From NCBI RefSeq assembly GCF_001194135.2, contig NC_068989.1, forward strand, positions 78,895,710-78,959,709: DNA of 64,000 nucleotides, read 5' to 3'. This document shows, in pieces, positions 25,411 through 38,691 of the stretch; position 1 is the first letter of the stretch, and every line of letters begins with the position of its first letter. This DNA is from Octopus bimaculoides (taxonomy: Eukaryota). The notes below the pieces were generated by a model that saw only the letters and a list, made by a program, of their open reading frames with translations, searched no databases and was not told the origin of the DNA. The position numbers and the translations under genes were made by a program.

Positions 25411-26399
25411 CTGGTTAACTTTTATCAGGTGGTGCTATTAAGTTAGACATAGCCTGGACCAATCTTTGGTCAAAACATATCTAAGTTTATATAATTGAAA
25501 TTTATAGAAAAACAAAAGACGAAGACAGGTGTATGAACAACAAGCAAGTGAATTATTTTGACATATATAGACCTGGATCCCACAATATTGTTGTTATTTC
25601 TGTTGTTTAGCCCCAGCTGAACTCCAGATCAAGGAGGCATCTATGATCAAAAGTGCCCTGCAACAGGATTGAACCTGGGACCATGTAGCTGGGAAGCAAA
25701 CTTCACAACCACAAAGCTACAGCTGAGATGAAGGTAAAAATAACCTTCCGAAGGGTTAAATCTAAGCTCGGAGTTGTGCAAACTTTGGTGAAGAGTTATT
25801 TCCAAACTAACACTTTGCAAATTTACTCAGCTTTATCAAAATAGTTTTGTCTATAATAATACTTTGCAAAATAAAATAATTAAAAATTAAAAATTAAAAT
25901 TAAAATAATAATTAAATGACAGTTTGGTACATGGTCATGTCAATGTGGAACAATGGACACATGTCACCCCACCTCACCCACTTGGCAACACTTTTTTTGT
26001 TTTGTCTTTTTTTTTTTGTTAATGGCCTGTTGAAGTTGTAGCAGATTGAAATGTTCTTTCACCACTTCAAAAATATATTTGAAACCAAATATAATCTCCG
26101 AGTACACAGTTAGGATGTATAACCATGTGTATAATACACATACACACCTATGCCTGTATGCTTGGAGACTTGGGGTTATAAATATGTGTGTGTGCGTGTG
26201 TGTGTGTGTGTGTGTGTGCTGTATTATATATATATATATATACATATATATATAGACATATATATATATATAGAGAGAGAGATAGATAGATAGATATATG
26301 TGTGTGTATGTGTATATACTGTAAATATAGACATATACAGACACACATATATATATATAAATACATACACACACATGCATGTATATATATATGCATGTA

Positions 26400-26456
<57 letters not shown>

Positions 26457-27534
26457 ACAGACAGATGGAGGGATAGATATAGGCATACATACATACATTC
26501 ATACATACATAGATACACATGTGTGCTTGTGTATATATATATTATATATATATACATACATAAATATGTGTATATGTATGTATGCCTGTACATATGTATG
26601 CATGTATGTACATACATTCATACGTACGTATATATGTATATCGTTAATAAATATTACCTAACTGATCATGAACTAAAGTTAACTCGAGAACTTAACAGGG
26701 TTAATGAAAACCTGAAATCCTGAAATGTTCTTTCACTCTCAATTAGCAGTTTAACCAATTAACCAGGGAACAGAGAATAACAGGTGTGTATAGAATAAAG
26801 TGAAAAATGTATTTTTAAAATATGACCCCCACCCCTCCCAACCAGTTTTCTTTTTCTATGCTTTTTTTTTGTTTCTTTCTTTTGTTTTTCTTGTCAGGGC
26901 AGTGATAGAGTAGATGTTGAAGGTTTTATCTCTTTGAGCCAAAACAGAGAATGTGACAAAATTGTGAGTGCCCGACTGTTTAAATAGATATATAATTGCT
27001 TTCAGCTAAATGGGTTTTGTACGTAAAAGAAAACCACTGAAGGATCGTTTTATCAGGTGAATGTCTCATAGAATGGAAATTGGTACCAGAAAGAGAAAAG
27101 GTTTGAAAGAACAACAGAAAACGTGTAAGCATGTAAGATGTTAACTAGTTAAATGTCAAAGAGAGAAGAAAGAGAGAATGGGAATGTGTGTCTGTGTGTG
27201 TGTGTGTGTGTGTGTGTATAAATGGAGTGTTTTTGTATATTTTGAGGTACAAAAATACAAAAATGCTCAGTACATGTGTTTGAAGTGTGTATATGTACAC
27301 ATATACACACATACACACACACACACTCAAGGAGATTACCTGTACTCTTAAGCCAGAACACAGAACCTGTCAAAGAATTAAGAAGACACACTAATTATAG
27401 AAACTAATTTTAGAAGAAAAAGACATTCTGAAGTTCTTGAGACATATACATATATACATACATGTATATATATCATACACACACGTACAGGCACACAGTA
27501 CATACAAATATATATCATGATCGTCATCATCACC

Positions 27535-27830
27535 ATTGTCGTCATCGTTTAACGTCTCTTTTCCATGCTGGTACAAGTTGGACAGTTTGACCAGAGCTGA
27601 CAAGCTGAAGAACAAGCACCAGGTTCCAGTCTGATTTGGCCTGGATTCTACAGCTTGATGCTCTTTCTAATGCCAAACACTTTACAGAGTGTACTGGATG
27701 CATTTAATGTGATATGGCACACGTACTTATCACGTGGCCAAACACAGGTGCATTTTATGTGACCCAGGACAGGTAAACTTAGCATGACCTGGCACAGGTG
27801 CTTTTTACGTGGTACCAACACAGCTGTTTT
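27535..27830 (-). mobile_element. RTE 3' UTR (R) fragment, old
   Basis: (ATC/GTC)n-GTTTAACGTC...TTCCATGCTG tail and R body. Confidence 0.7.
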
Positions 27831-27997
27831 TTATATAAGCACATATGTACATATGTACATATGCTTGTGTGTAGGGTAGGTATGTACACACACATATATA
27901 TATACACACACACATATATGTACTCACACTCACACACCCACACACATATTCATGTATGTGTGTATGTATGTATGTATGTATGTATGTATGTATGTAT

Positions 27998-28368
27998 GGT
28001 GGAGGCGCAATGGCCCAGTGTTTAGGGCAGCGGACTCGCAGTCATAGGATTGCAGTTTCAATTCCCAGACCAGGCATTTTGTTTATTGAGCAAAAACACT
28101 TAAAACACCACAAGGTTCCAGCAGGGGGTGGTGGCAAAACATGCTGTACTCTTTCACCACAACTTTCTCTTTCTACCTCTTTCTGTTGTACCTGTATTTC
28201 AAAGGGCTGGCCTTGTCACACTCTATGTCACGCTGAATCTCCCGAAGAACTACATTAAGGGTACACATGTCTGTGGAGTGCTCAGCCACTTGCACGTTAA
28301 TTTCACGAGCAGGCTGTTCCGTTGATCGGATCAACTGGAACACTCGTCATCATAACCGACAGAGTACC
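27998..28368 (+). mobile_element. SINE group C, tail type C1
   Basis: GGTGGAGGCGCAATGGCCCAGTG tRNA-like head with B-box-like GGTTTCAATTCCC; body to GGATCAACTGGAAC. Confidence 0.88.
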
Positions 28369-28591
28369 ATGATGTGTGTATGTACATATGCATGTGTTTG
28401 TGTATGAGTCGGTATGAATGCATTTGTGTAGGTATGTAGAGTGTATATGTAAGCCAAAGATTCAGCTGAGTTACTAAAGCATCAAACCAAATGCCTTGCA
28501 CTAATTTGTTCCAGTTCTTTACTCATGAGTTCAAATCCAGCTGAGGTCAACATTGTCCTTCATCCTTCAAGAGTTGACAAAATAATTGTAC

Positions 28592-28977
28592 CTCGAGTGG
28601 GATCACTGCCAGAGCAGCGGTCTCGCTCCCGTGCCGGTGGCCCATAAAAAGCACCATTTGAGCACGATCGTTTCCAGCTTCGCCTTACTGGCACTTGTGC
28701 CGGTGGCATGTGAACAAAACATTGGACTGACTCCTGTGCAGGTGGCACATAAAAAAACACCATCTGAGTGTGGCCGTTGCCAGTAACCCCGGACTGGCCC
28801 TCGTGCCGGTGGCACGTAAAGAGCACCCACTACATTCTCAGAGTGGTTGGCATTAGGAAGGGCATCCAGCTGTAGAAACTCTGCCAGATCAGATTGGAGT
28901 CTGGTGCAGCCATTTGGTTCGCCAGTCCCCAGTCAAATCATCCAGCCCAAGCTAGCATGGAAAGCGGACGTTAAATG

Positions 28978-29015
<38 letters not shown>
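28592..29015 (+). mobile_element. RTE 3' UTR (R) fragment
   Basis: R hairpin units plus (GAT)n tail at about 28977-29015. Confidence 0.85.
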
Positions 29016-29016
<1 letters not shown>

Positions 29017-29390
29017 TCCAGGGTAGTGCTAGTGTCATGATTAAATTGCACCAAGTGCTACATGCTTTTTTAGTGTTAAGATATTAAGAGGACCCTCTAG
29101 TCTTGACAAGGATGTTGCAATTGCTTTAGAGGTGGTGACACAATAAATTGTACTCAATACACTGGGTAACGAGGCTGGTGTTATGAAAGACATCCAATCA
29201 AAGTCAAAAATTAAATTTGCAAAGCAGGAAGTGACCCACTAAGCTGTCTAAGGAGTGTTAATTACAAAAAAAGAACTGGTTTGGACCATGACAACCTAGC
29301 CAACACCTGTCGGCATAAAAAGCAATTATAAAAAGATGATGACAATGATCATGACCATGAACATCATAATATATAGCCATACATGCTTTA

Positions 29391-29460
<70 letters not shown>

Positions 29461-31209
29461 ATTGGAAAAGGTGTGTCAAATTAATTGTGTCATGTTTGTT
29501 ACATTATTATCCAATCTAGTTCAAGTTTTATTCAAATCACGCACACATTTCTTTACATCAAACAGCCTAGACCATCTGTTCAGTTTTCTCAGAAAAGTTA
29601 AAACTCTTTTGTGAATTTGCAGTTTTTATTCTGTGAGTGAGTCATTAGTTTTTAAAACTGGGACATTAACCTACAACTTTTAAAAATGAAAGTAAAATTT
29701 AAAAAGGTAGGACTGTAAAGAATTATATTTAGGTTTAACAAAGACATCCATTCACAGATCAGATTCGAGCCTGGTGCAGACTTTTCGCTCACCAGTCCTT
29801 AGTCAAATCGTCCAACCCATGCCAGCTGGATGCCCTTCCTAATGCCAACCACTCCAAGAGTGTAGTGGGTACTTTTACGTGCCACCGGCACGAGGGCCAG
29901 TCAGGTGGTACTGGCAACGGCCACACTCAAATGGTGTTTTTTACGTGCCACCTGCACAGGAGCCAGTCCAGCGGCACTGGCAATGACCTTACTCGAATGC
30001 TTTTTCACGTGCCAGTAAGGCGACACATATTTATATATACATACATACATACATAAGCACATACATACATGAAAATAAATACATACATACATACATACAT
30101 ACATACATACATACAAACATAAAGAAAAACAAAGATTGCTTTGATCAAGCATATGGAAGAGTCGTTTATTTTCTTTCGCATATGCAAATATAGGTTAACT
30201 AAAAGAAGAAATAAATGAAATCAGCAAAAAAAAAAATGGTTGATTAGCTAAAAGCAGCATGATGTTGGTGGTGGTAGTGTTGGTGGTGTTGGTGGTGTTT
30301 TGCATGTTGAGACTAAAAAAAAGACTGAATGTTTAACTAAGAAGGCTGAAGCAGTTCAGCTTCTTAAGTAAGGCTTCTTGCTCAACCTTGTTTCAAATAA
30401 AGTATCACTGTCAGTTAATTTATTGTCAAAACAAAGGGAGGCCAAAGAAGGACAGGCCCAGATGTCTTACTACACAGAATNNNNNNNNNNNNNNNNNNNN
30501 NNNNNNNNNNNNNNNNNNNNNNNNNNNNNNNNNNNNNNNNNNNNNNNNNNNNNNNNNNNNNNNNNNNNNNNNNNNNNNNNNNNNNNNNNNNNNNNNNNNN
30601 NNNNNNNNNNNNNNNNNNNNNNNNNNNNNNNNNNNNNNNNNNNNNNNNNNNNNNNNNNNNNNNNNNNNNNNNNNNNNNNNNNNNNNNNNNNNNNNNNNNN
30701 NNNNNNNNNNNNNNNNNNNNNNNNNNNNNNNNNNNNNNNNNNNNNNNNNNNNNNNNNNNNNNNNNNNNNNNNNNNNNNNNNNNNNNNNNNNNNNNNNNNN
30801 NNNNNNNNNNNNNNNNNNNNNNNNNNNNNNNNNNNNNNNNNNNNNNNNNNNNNNNNNNNNNNNNNNNNNNNNNNNNNNNNNNNNNNNNNNNNNNNNNNNN
30901 NNNNNNNNNNNNNNNNNNNNNNNNNNNNNNNNNNNNNNNNNNNNNNNNNNNNNNNNNNNNNNNNNNNNNNNNNNNNNNNNNNNNNNNNNNNNNNNNNNNN
31001 NNNNNNNNNNNNNNNNNNNNNNNNNNNNNNNNNNNNNNNNNNNNNNNNNNNNNNNNNNNNNNNNNNNNNNNNNNNNNNNNNNNNNNNNNNNNNNNNNNNN
31101 NNNNNNNNNNNNNNNNNNNNNNNNNNNNNNNNNNNNNNNNNNNNNNNNNNNNNNNNNNNNNNNNNNNNNNNNNNNNNNNNNNNNNNNNNNNNNNNNNNNN
31201 TATATATTA

Positions 31210-31414
31210 TTTTTTATTTGTTTTGGTCAATAGACTGTGGCCATGCTGGGGCATTACCTCGAAGAATTTTAGCTGAATGAATCGACCACAGTACGTTTTT
31301 TTCTTTTCTAAGCCTGATATTAATTCTATCAGTCTCTTTTACTTTTTCTGTCAGTCTCTTTTAAAGGGACGTAAACACACCAACACTGGATGTCAAGCTG
31401 TGTGGGGGGCGGGC

Positions 31415-31449
<35 letters not shown>

Positions 31450-31470
31450 TCACACATACATATATATACG
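31210..31470 (-). mobile_element. SINE group A, 3' half
   Basis: Reverse A tail with (CA)n tract. Confidence 0.7.
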
Positions 31471-31603
31471 ATGATCTGACATAGCCGACCTAAACTGCAA
31501 TCAAAGCCATTCAGACCAGAACCATTCCTAGGTTCTCTTCCTCTCTCTCTATCTCTCTCTCTCTCTAGGGTGAGTGTTGGACAACAAGAAGTATATGATT
31601 TAA

Positions 31604-31824
31604 CCCTTTCCTTACCAACCCAGCTGAAACCAGCTCTGGCTCTGCGTACAAATGTCTTGATTTCATAAGTTTTGAATTAAAATCTTCCACCAAACCTTAG
31701 TCACAATTTATGTTCCTAACATGAGCTGAATGATAATTAAGTTATTTTACTAAATTCTTTGTTATATTTAATAGTAATTGAAAGAAACACAGGGGATCTC
31801 AAAATAAATAAAGTAATGAAATGG
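31604..31824. mobile_element. piggyBac-like MITE
   Basis: TTAA-CCCTTTC...GAAATGG-TTAA (TTAA at 31600-03 and 31825-28). Confidence 0.75.
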
Positions 31825-32536
31825 TTAATAATCAGGTGGAAGGCAAAATATTTTGCAACTTTCGTAATGTCTTAATTTCCGAGGACACCACATCCTTCAA
31901 AATTCCATGCTTCCCCAAATTCGCCAACAGTATACTTGGGGAGGAGGAAGAGGCGGAGGCATATATCAAATAGGATAATCTAAGAAAAGAATAATAAGCC
32001 ACTGCATAAAATAACACAATTTGCTTCTGATTGATTCAAATAACCTTTTTAGGGTTTTTTTTTTGTTGTTTTTTTTTGTCTTTGCAAAACCATGTGGAGG
32101 GAGCATTTGTTTGTAAAATGCCATTCAATAAAAGGGGTCACTGAGCTATAAAAGGGTAAGAACCACCACCCTAAATACAATCATTTGTGTGCTTTCAACA
32201 AGCTATTTGAACATTCAGAATGAAAGTGTAGAATCCAAGGAAACGAGCAACAATCTCCAGTCTGTGTCAGCAAATAATTAAAAAAGAACGTTTGCATAAA
32301 TTAGAATAAATTGATAAATTAATTATTATCACCACAAGGAAGAAGAAAATTATTAAAATAATCCTCCTCCTCCTCCTCTTCTTTTTCACAACAATTTTTT
32401 AAAACTATTTTGTGAACTTTCTCAACATTCCATAACCCTCGTTTTACAACTGCTCACGTTGACAGAAACATAAGGACAGCTGCTCTATCTCCACTGATTT
32501 TTGTTGCACATATACCCACATAAAAACTCCACATAC

Positions 32537-32598
<62 letters not shown>

Positions 32599-32870
32599 CA
32601 CAATCAAACTCATGCTCACAAAATGTCTAATTTTATGACCAGAATTCAGTCAATTTTGTGAAATTAATCAACTTGCTAAATTATTAAGCAATAAACTAAA
32701 CCACATTCCTAATTATTTCAACCCCACCAACCCATCCATCCTACCCACTGCCCCCACTCCCATTCCTTCTCCAGATTAGCCTTCAATAAACAGACATAAG
32801 ATGAAAGACTTTTTTGCCAAGCCAGCCATGACTGTCCCACCTTGCTTTCAGGCATACACAGCATCTAGAA

Positions 32871-33124
32871 CAGTGGTTCTCAATCTGGGTTCATATGGGC
32901 CTCTGGGGGTAAATATATGAGATTTTTGGGGGTTCAAGCACCAAAATATAATTTGGGGATGCACAATAGTATTTCAAGGGCCCCAGAACAAATTTTGTTT
33001 GAAATGTATGTATTGATATGTATAGCAAGAAACAGCTGGGTTTCTTTCTCTAACATTTGACATAGTTCAACATACACGAGTTAATGTATGTAAAAAAAAG
33101 AAGGAATTTTGAAAGAAGTTTCTT
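32871..33124 (+). mobile_element. hAT (Charlie-like) element, left end
   Basis: Starts CAGTGGTTCTCAA immediately after ATCTAGAA, the typical Charlie target; truncated by SINE B2; right end not found. Confidence 0.55.
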
Positions 33125-33450
33125 ATTTCTTTATTACCCACAAGGGGCTAAACATAGAGGGGACAAACAAGGACATAGCGGGGACAAATAGGTTAAGTCA
33201 ATTACATCGACACCAGTGCATAACTGGTACTTAATCTATCGACCTTGAAGGGATAAAACGCAAAGTCGACCTCAGCGGAATTTGAACTCAGAACATAACG
33301 GCAGACGAAATACTGATAAACATTTCACCCAGCGTGCTAACATTTCTGCCAGCTCGCCACCTAAAGGATGAAAGGCAAAGTCGACCTCAGTGGAATTTGA
33401 ACTCAGAACATGAAAGCATACAAAATCTTGTTAAGTGTTTTGCCTGGTTT
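33125..33450 (-). mobile_element. SINE B2 (33125-33360) abutting a second partial B copy
   Basis: Reverse B2 tail and head; B core repeated at about 33362-33450. Confidence 0.8.
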
Positions 33451-33651
33451 GCTCCTTGTCACACCCTCTCCCTGCTGTCTTTTCCCTCTGCCTGCTGCTT
33501 TCAAATGATCAGTGGCGAGTTCCTCTATCTCTATTCTTGTAGCACTTGTGCTACTCTTCTACTCTTGTAGAACTTGTATAACATAGGGTGTTATATATGC
33601 CATAATAATGTTTTAAGACAATTTAGAATCCCAGACCAAGATGTGTACCAT

Positions 33652-33774
33652 ATGTGTGGAGGCGGCTCCAGGTTCAATCTCACTGCGCAGAACCTTGGGC
33701 AAGTGTCTTGTATTACAGCCTCAGGCCGACAAATGCCTTGTGAGTGGATTTGGTAGACAGAAAGCCCATCATAT

Positions 33775-33806
<32 letters not shown>

Positions 33807-34005
33807 CTGTGTGGGTGTGTTTGGGTGTGTCCCCCTTCACCATCGATGTTGGTGAGTTTACATACCCGTTACTTAGTGGTTCGGCAAAAGGGACCGATAG
33901 AATAAGTACTAAGGCTTACAAAGATTAAGTCCTGAGGTCAAATTGTTCGACTAATGGCAGTGCTCCAGCATGACCACAGTCAAACGACTGAAACAAGTAA
34001 AACAA
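33652..34005 (+). mobile_element. SINE group A
   Basis: CCTTGGGCAAGTGTC...GTGAGTGGATTTGGTAGAC, (TG)n tract and A tail. Confidence 0.85.
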
Positions 34006-34418
34006 TGAGGGAATAAAAGAATTATTATACATATATTATACACCATGCATTACACAATGCACATGGACTTTTATTGGTAAGTCATCTACATCCCACCGTA
34101 AAATCTGCGAGACTTTATATAATATATGAAACCATTTTTCTATACGGGAGAGGAAGAAAAATGATGTCAGGGCAATTGAGAGCCACATTTCTACAAAAGA
34201 GGAGGAACAAAACTGCATACGACGACCATGCACCCCTCCTTTCCCACCAATGGCATTAATAACATACTGATGTGTGAAGTGGAAAGGCTACAACCGGATA
34301 TCAAACCAGGTCATGGCCTCCATCGACCAGGAGCTTACAAAATCTTCTGTTTCCCTTCTTTCCCCTTTCCTTTTTCTTTCATCAATACAAAGCTATATAT
34401 AGTATGCATGCATATACG

Positions 34419-34460
<42 letters not shown>

Positions 34461-34924
34461 CATGGAAGGCGGACGTTAAACGTTGATGATACATGCATGT
34501 ATGTATGTATGTATTAGAGACTAACTGTATTAGCTAGTACTGAACATATCAGAGTTTCCGTGTCTTTTAACACAGGTCAGCATTATGAAAGATACATTTG
34601 CATTTAAAAGCAAACCACAGATGAAAAACCATATATTTAAACCTGCGGCACTCCTGGGTGAATGTTCATTTTCTTTTGAGAAGTTTTTTGTGGAGTTCAT
34701 TGTCATATGTATATATTTATGTGACAAGCCAATAACAGTATATGTCTATGTTCTAAAAAAAATGTGACAAAAGAAGACACATTTGTTGGAGAGAAAAAAA
34801 AAACTTTTATTGATTTGAATACAATGTTACAACAGAAGATATACACTACAGTAGATAGAAAAATAAAACACCATTTCATTGAATGGCCCACACACACACG
34901 CACACACATATATATATATATATT

Positions 34925-35135
34925 CTTTTATTACGGAGATGTACTTGTATACCAAGTGACCTGATCTGAGACCGTGTGCTGAAACAAAAACAATTGCAGC
35001 ATGGAAGGTGTTTATAAGCCATTTAAAAACACACAAAAAACCGTTAGATTCCCTTCGTTTAAATTTAATTTGTCAAAATATTTTCATCGCTTTGAAACTA
35101 CAACCTCTTCACTGACAAAATTTTGTGCTGCATCA
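34925..35135 (-). mobile_element. Short element next to (TA)n with a minus-strand hammerhead-like motif
   Basis: Minus strand TTTGTCA-GTGAAGA-G-GTTGT...GCGAT-GAAA-ATATT-T-TGACAAA at 35069-35119; element limits approximate. Confidence 0.45.
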
Positions 35136-35153
35136 GTATTCTTGTATTTTTTT

Positions 35154-35665
35154 AGTCATTCGACAGTGGCCATGCTGGAGCACCACCTTTAGCTGAACAA
35201 ATCAACCCTAAGACTTATTCTTTGTGAGCCTAGTATTTATTCTATCGGTCTATTTAACCAAACCGCTAAGTTACGGGGACGTAAGCACACCAACATCAGC
35301 TGTCAAATGATGGCTTGACAACCATGATGGTGTGTTTGCGTCCCCGTAAACTAGCGGTTTGGCAAAAGAGACCGTTAGAATAAGTACTAGGCTTACAAAG
35401 AATAAGTCCTGGGGTTGACTTGCTCGACTAAAGGCGGTGCTCCAGCATGACCATAGTCAAATGACTGAAACAAGTAAAAGAGTAAAAGAGTATACATATA
35501 ATGGGTTTCTTTCAGTTTCCGCCTACCAAATCCACTCTCAAGGCTTTGGTCAACCCGAGGATATAGTAGAAGACACTTGCCCAAGGTGCCATGCAGTGGG
35601 ACTGAACCCGGAACCATGTGGTTTGGTAAGCAAGCTACTTACCATACAGCCACTCCTGCGCCCAT
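35154..35665. mobile_element. Composite of SINE A pieces: minus tail, plus tail, minus head
   Basis: 35154-35306 and 35315-35470 are inverted copies of the A tail; reverse A head at about 35500-35665. Confidence 0.85.
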
Positions 35666-36245
35666 GCCTATTTTTTAAAAAATCAGTCATTTATTTTCTT
35701 CTCAATCATGTTTGCTTTTTTTTTTTGACATACATTCAAATATAAAGCTATACCCCACCATCACCACCACCACTACCGCCGCCGCCACCACCACCACCNN
35801 NNNNNNNNNNNNNNNNNNNNNNNNNNNNNNNNNNNNNNNNNNNNNNNNNNNNNNNNNNNNNNNNNNNNNNNNNNNNNNNNNNNNNNNNNNNNNNNNNNNN
35901 NNNNNNNNNNNNNNNNNNNNNNNNNNNNNNNNNNNNNNNNNNNNNNNNNNNNNNNNNNNNNNNNNNNNNNNNNNNNNNNNNNNNNNNNNNNNNNNNNNNN
36001 NNNNNNNNNNNNNNNNNNNNNNNNNNNNNNNNNNNNNNNNNNNNNNNNNNNNNNNNNNNNNNNNNNNNNNNNGTTTTTATCTGAAAGTTAATTAGAACAA
36101 AATAAGAAACAATAAAGTCTTTCTTTAACGTATTCTAAAGTAGTTTAAACATATTTGAAGTAATTTATCTTTATAGTTTATTGTATATTATTCATGTATT
36201 TTTCATGGAGTTCTCAGCAATTGTACAACTTTTGATGAATGGCCC

Positions 36246-36246
<1 letters not shown>

Positions 36247-36276
<30 letters not shown>

Positions 36277-36860
36277 TGTTTAACGTCCACTTTCCATGCT
36301 AGCATGGGTTGGACGATTTGACTGAGGACTGGTGAACCGGATGGCTGCACCAGGCTCCAATCTGATCTGGCAAAGTTTCTACAGCTGGATGCCCTTCTTA
36401 ACGCCAACCACTCCAAGAGTGTAGTGGGTGCTTTTACATGCCACTGGCACGAGGACCAGTCATACGGTACTAGCAATGGCCACGCTCAAAATGGTATTTT
36501 TACATGCCACCTCCATGGGAGCCAGTCCAGCGGCACTGGCAACGACCTCACTCAAATGATTTTCTAACGTCCCACCAGTACAAGTGCTTAGAAGGCGACG
36601 CTGGTAACGATTACGCCCAAATAGTGCTATTTACGGGCCACTAGCACGGAAGCCAGACAGCTGCTCTGGCAATGAACACGCTTGGACAGTGCTGTTAGTG
36701 CTCCACTGGCGCAGGTGCCAGTCATTGAATATGGTTCAATTCCGATTTTGATTTCACTTGCTCCAACAGGTCTTCGCAAGCACAGTTTAGTGTCCAATGA
36801 AGGAGAGGTTGTCATGGGTGCCAGTCATCGGATTCGGTTCGATTTCGGTTTCAGATTTCA
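36247..36860 (-). mobile_element. RTE 3' UTR (R), long fragment
   Basis: Reverse complement of about 2580-3175, including GGACACTAAACT...GCGAAGACCTGTT. Confidence 0.88.
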
Positions 36861-37024
36861 AATTTCGGAAAAAAAAAGAAAAGGAGAGGAGGTCAGCTCT
36901 GGAATGTTTTTGATCATAGTTGTACTCAATACATACAAATCCTTCTATTTATCTCAATACATACAAATCCCTCTATTTCAATTAATTTTGGAAATAATCA
37001 TTAATCTGTAATCTTTCATGGTAT

Positions 37025-37825
37025 TTCAATCGTTCGACAGTGACTATGCTGGGGGCGCCACCATGAAGAGCTTTGGTCAAACAAACTGAATCCCAATACC
37101 TGTATCGATTTCCTCTGCCAAACCACTAAGTTGTGGGGATGTAAACAAACCAACACCGGTTGTCAAGCAATGAGGAGATAAACATATAAACAAACACATG
37201 CACACACACAAACACATGCACACACACACACATACATACACATATGCATATAAATATATCTGTGTCATGCTGAATCTCCCTGAGAACTACGTTAAGGGTA
37301 CATGTATCTGTGGAGTACTCAGCCACTTGCACGTTAATCTCACAAGCAGGTTCTTCAGTTGATTGGATCAACTGAAACACTCATCGTCGCAACTTATTCT
37401 TTGTAAGCCTAGTGCATATTCTATCTTTTGCCAAACTGCTTATTTACAAGGACATAAACACACCAGCATCAGTTGTCAAGTGATGGATGGTGGGGAGACA
37501 AACACAAACACACACACACACATATATGTGTGTGTGTGTGTTTTAGGAAGGGCATCCAGCTATAGAAACCTTGCCAGATTTAGATTGGGAGCCTGGTGCA
37601 GCCTTCTGGCTTACCAGTCCTCAATGAAACTGTCCAACCTATGCCAGCATGGAAAACGGACGTTAAACGATGATGATGATGATATATAAGCTTCTTTCAG
37701 TTTCCACTCACAAGGCTTTTGGTCAGCCCAAAGCTATAGTAGAAGACACTTGTCCAAGGTGCCAAGCAATGGGACTGAACCCAGAACCATGTGGTTGGGA
37801 AGCAAGCTTCTCCCCACACAGCCAA
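37025..37825. mobile_element. Nested cluster: A tail(-), C 3' half(+), A tail(-), R tail(+), A head(-)
   Basis: Segments at about 37025-37200, 37255-37390, 37390-37520, 37545-37682 and 37685-37825 each match the corresponding modules elsewhere in the window. Confidence 0.75.
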
Positions 37826-38000
37826 ATCAATACCTATTAATTAGCATGAAATTTTATGTGACGTTTTAATTCAGAACACTTTAAAACAAGAACCACAGAA
37901 CCAGGAATAGTTCAGGCTCTGATTGGTGTTAAAAGGAGGACTTGATCAGAAATAACCGAGATGAAAAACAACAATAATACCACCCTACATTATCTTTTAT

Positions 38001-38312
38001 GGAGGTGCAATGGCTTAGTGGTTAGGGCAGCGAACTCACGGTTGGAGGAACGTGGTTTTGATTCTGAGACCGGGCGTTGTGAGTGTTTATTGAGCGGAAA
38101 CACCAAAAGCCCCACGAGATTCCTGCAGGTGGTGGTGGCAATCCCTGTTGTACTCTTTCGCCCCAACTTTCTCTCGCTCTTTCTTCCTGTTTCTTGAGTA
38201 ATGCTGCGATGGACTGCCATCCCGTCCAGCTGGGGGAGGGGACACATACACCATAGAAACAGAGAAACCAGGCCCATGAGCTTGGCTAGGCTTTGAAAGA
38301 GCGACGTTTATC
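38001..38312 (+). mobile_element. SINE group C with alternative tail (C2)
   Basis: C head and CCACAACTTTCTCTC-type body, then GCTGCGATGGACTGCCATCCCGTCCAG tail instead of the C1 tail. Confidence 0.75.
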
Positions 38313-38691
38313 GTTTTTTTTTTTTTTACACTTTCTTTTATTTCTTTGTTTTTATGTTTTTTTTTGTATTTTTAGAGCATTTTTGTTCTGTTCTTTTTTT
38401 TTCCTTTTTAAATTTCAACCACATTTTTAACATGACTGTGTCAAGTGCCTTCATCTGTCACTAAGGTGCTTTACTAGATTTCTTTATGACTATATATCTT
38501 CTGCTTGTTTTCTAAACATCATACAGCCAATAAAACTATTTGATAAACACAAGTGCAAAGAATGTGAAGTCCGACACCCGGTTCACCACATCTGCTTGAA
38601 ACATGTTAGTTAGCTAATGAGGTATAACAACTAAGATATCTGAAAATAACTTCACAGTAACATAACGAATCACAGAACCTTAAACTGTGGG

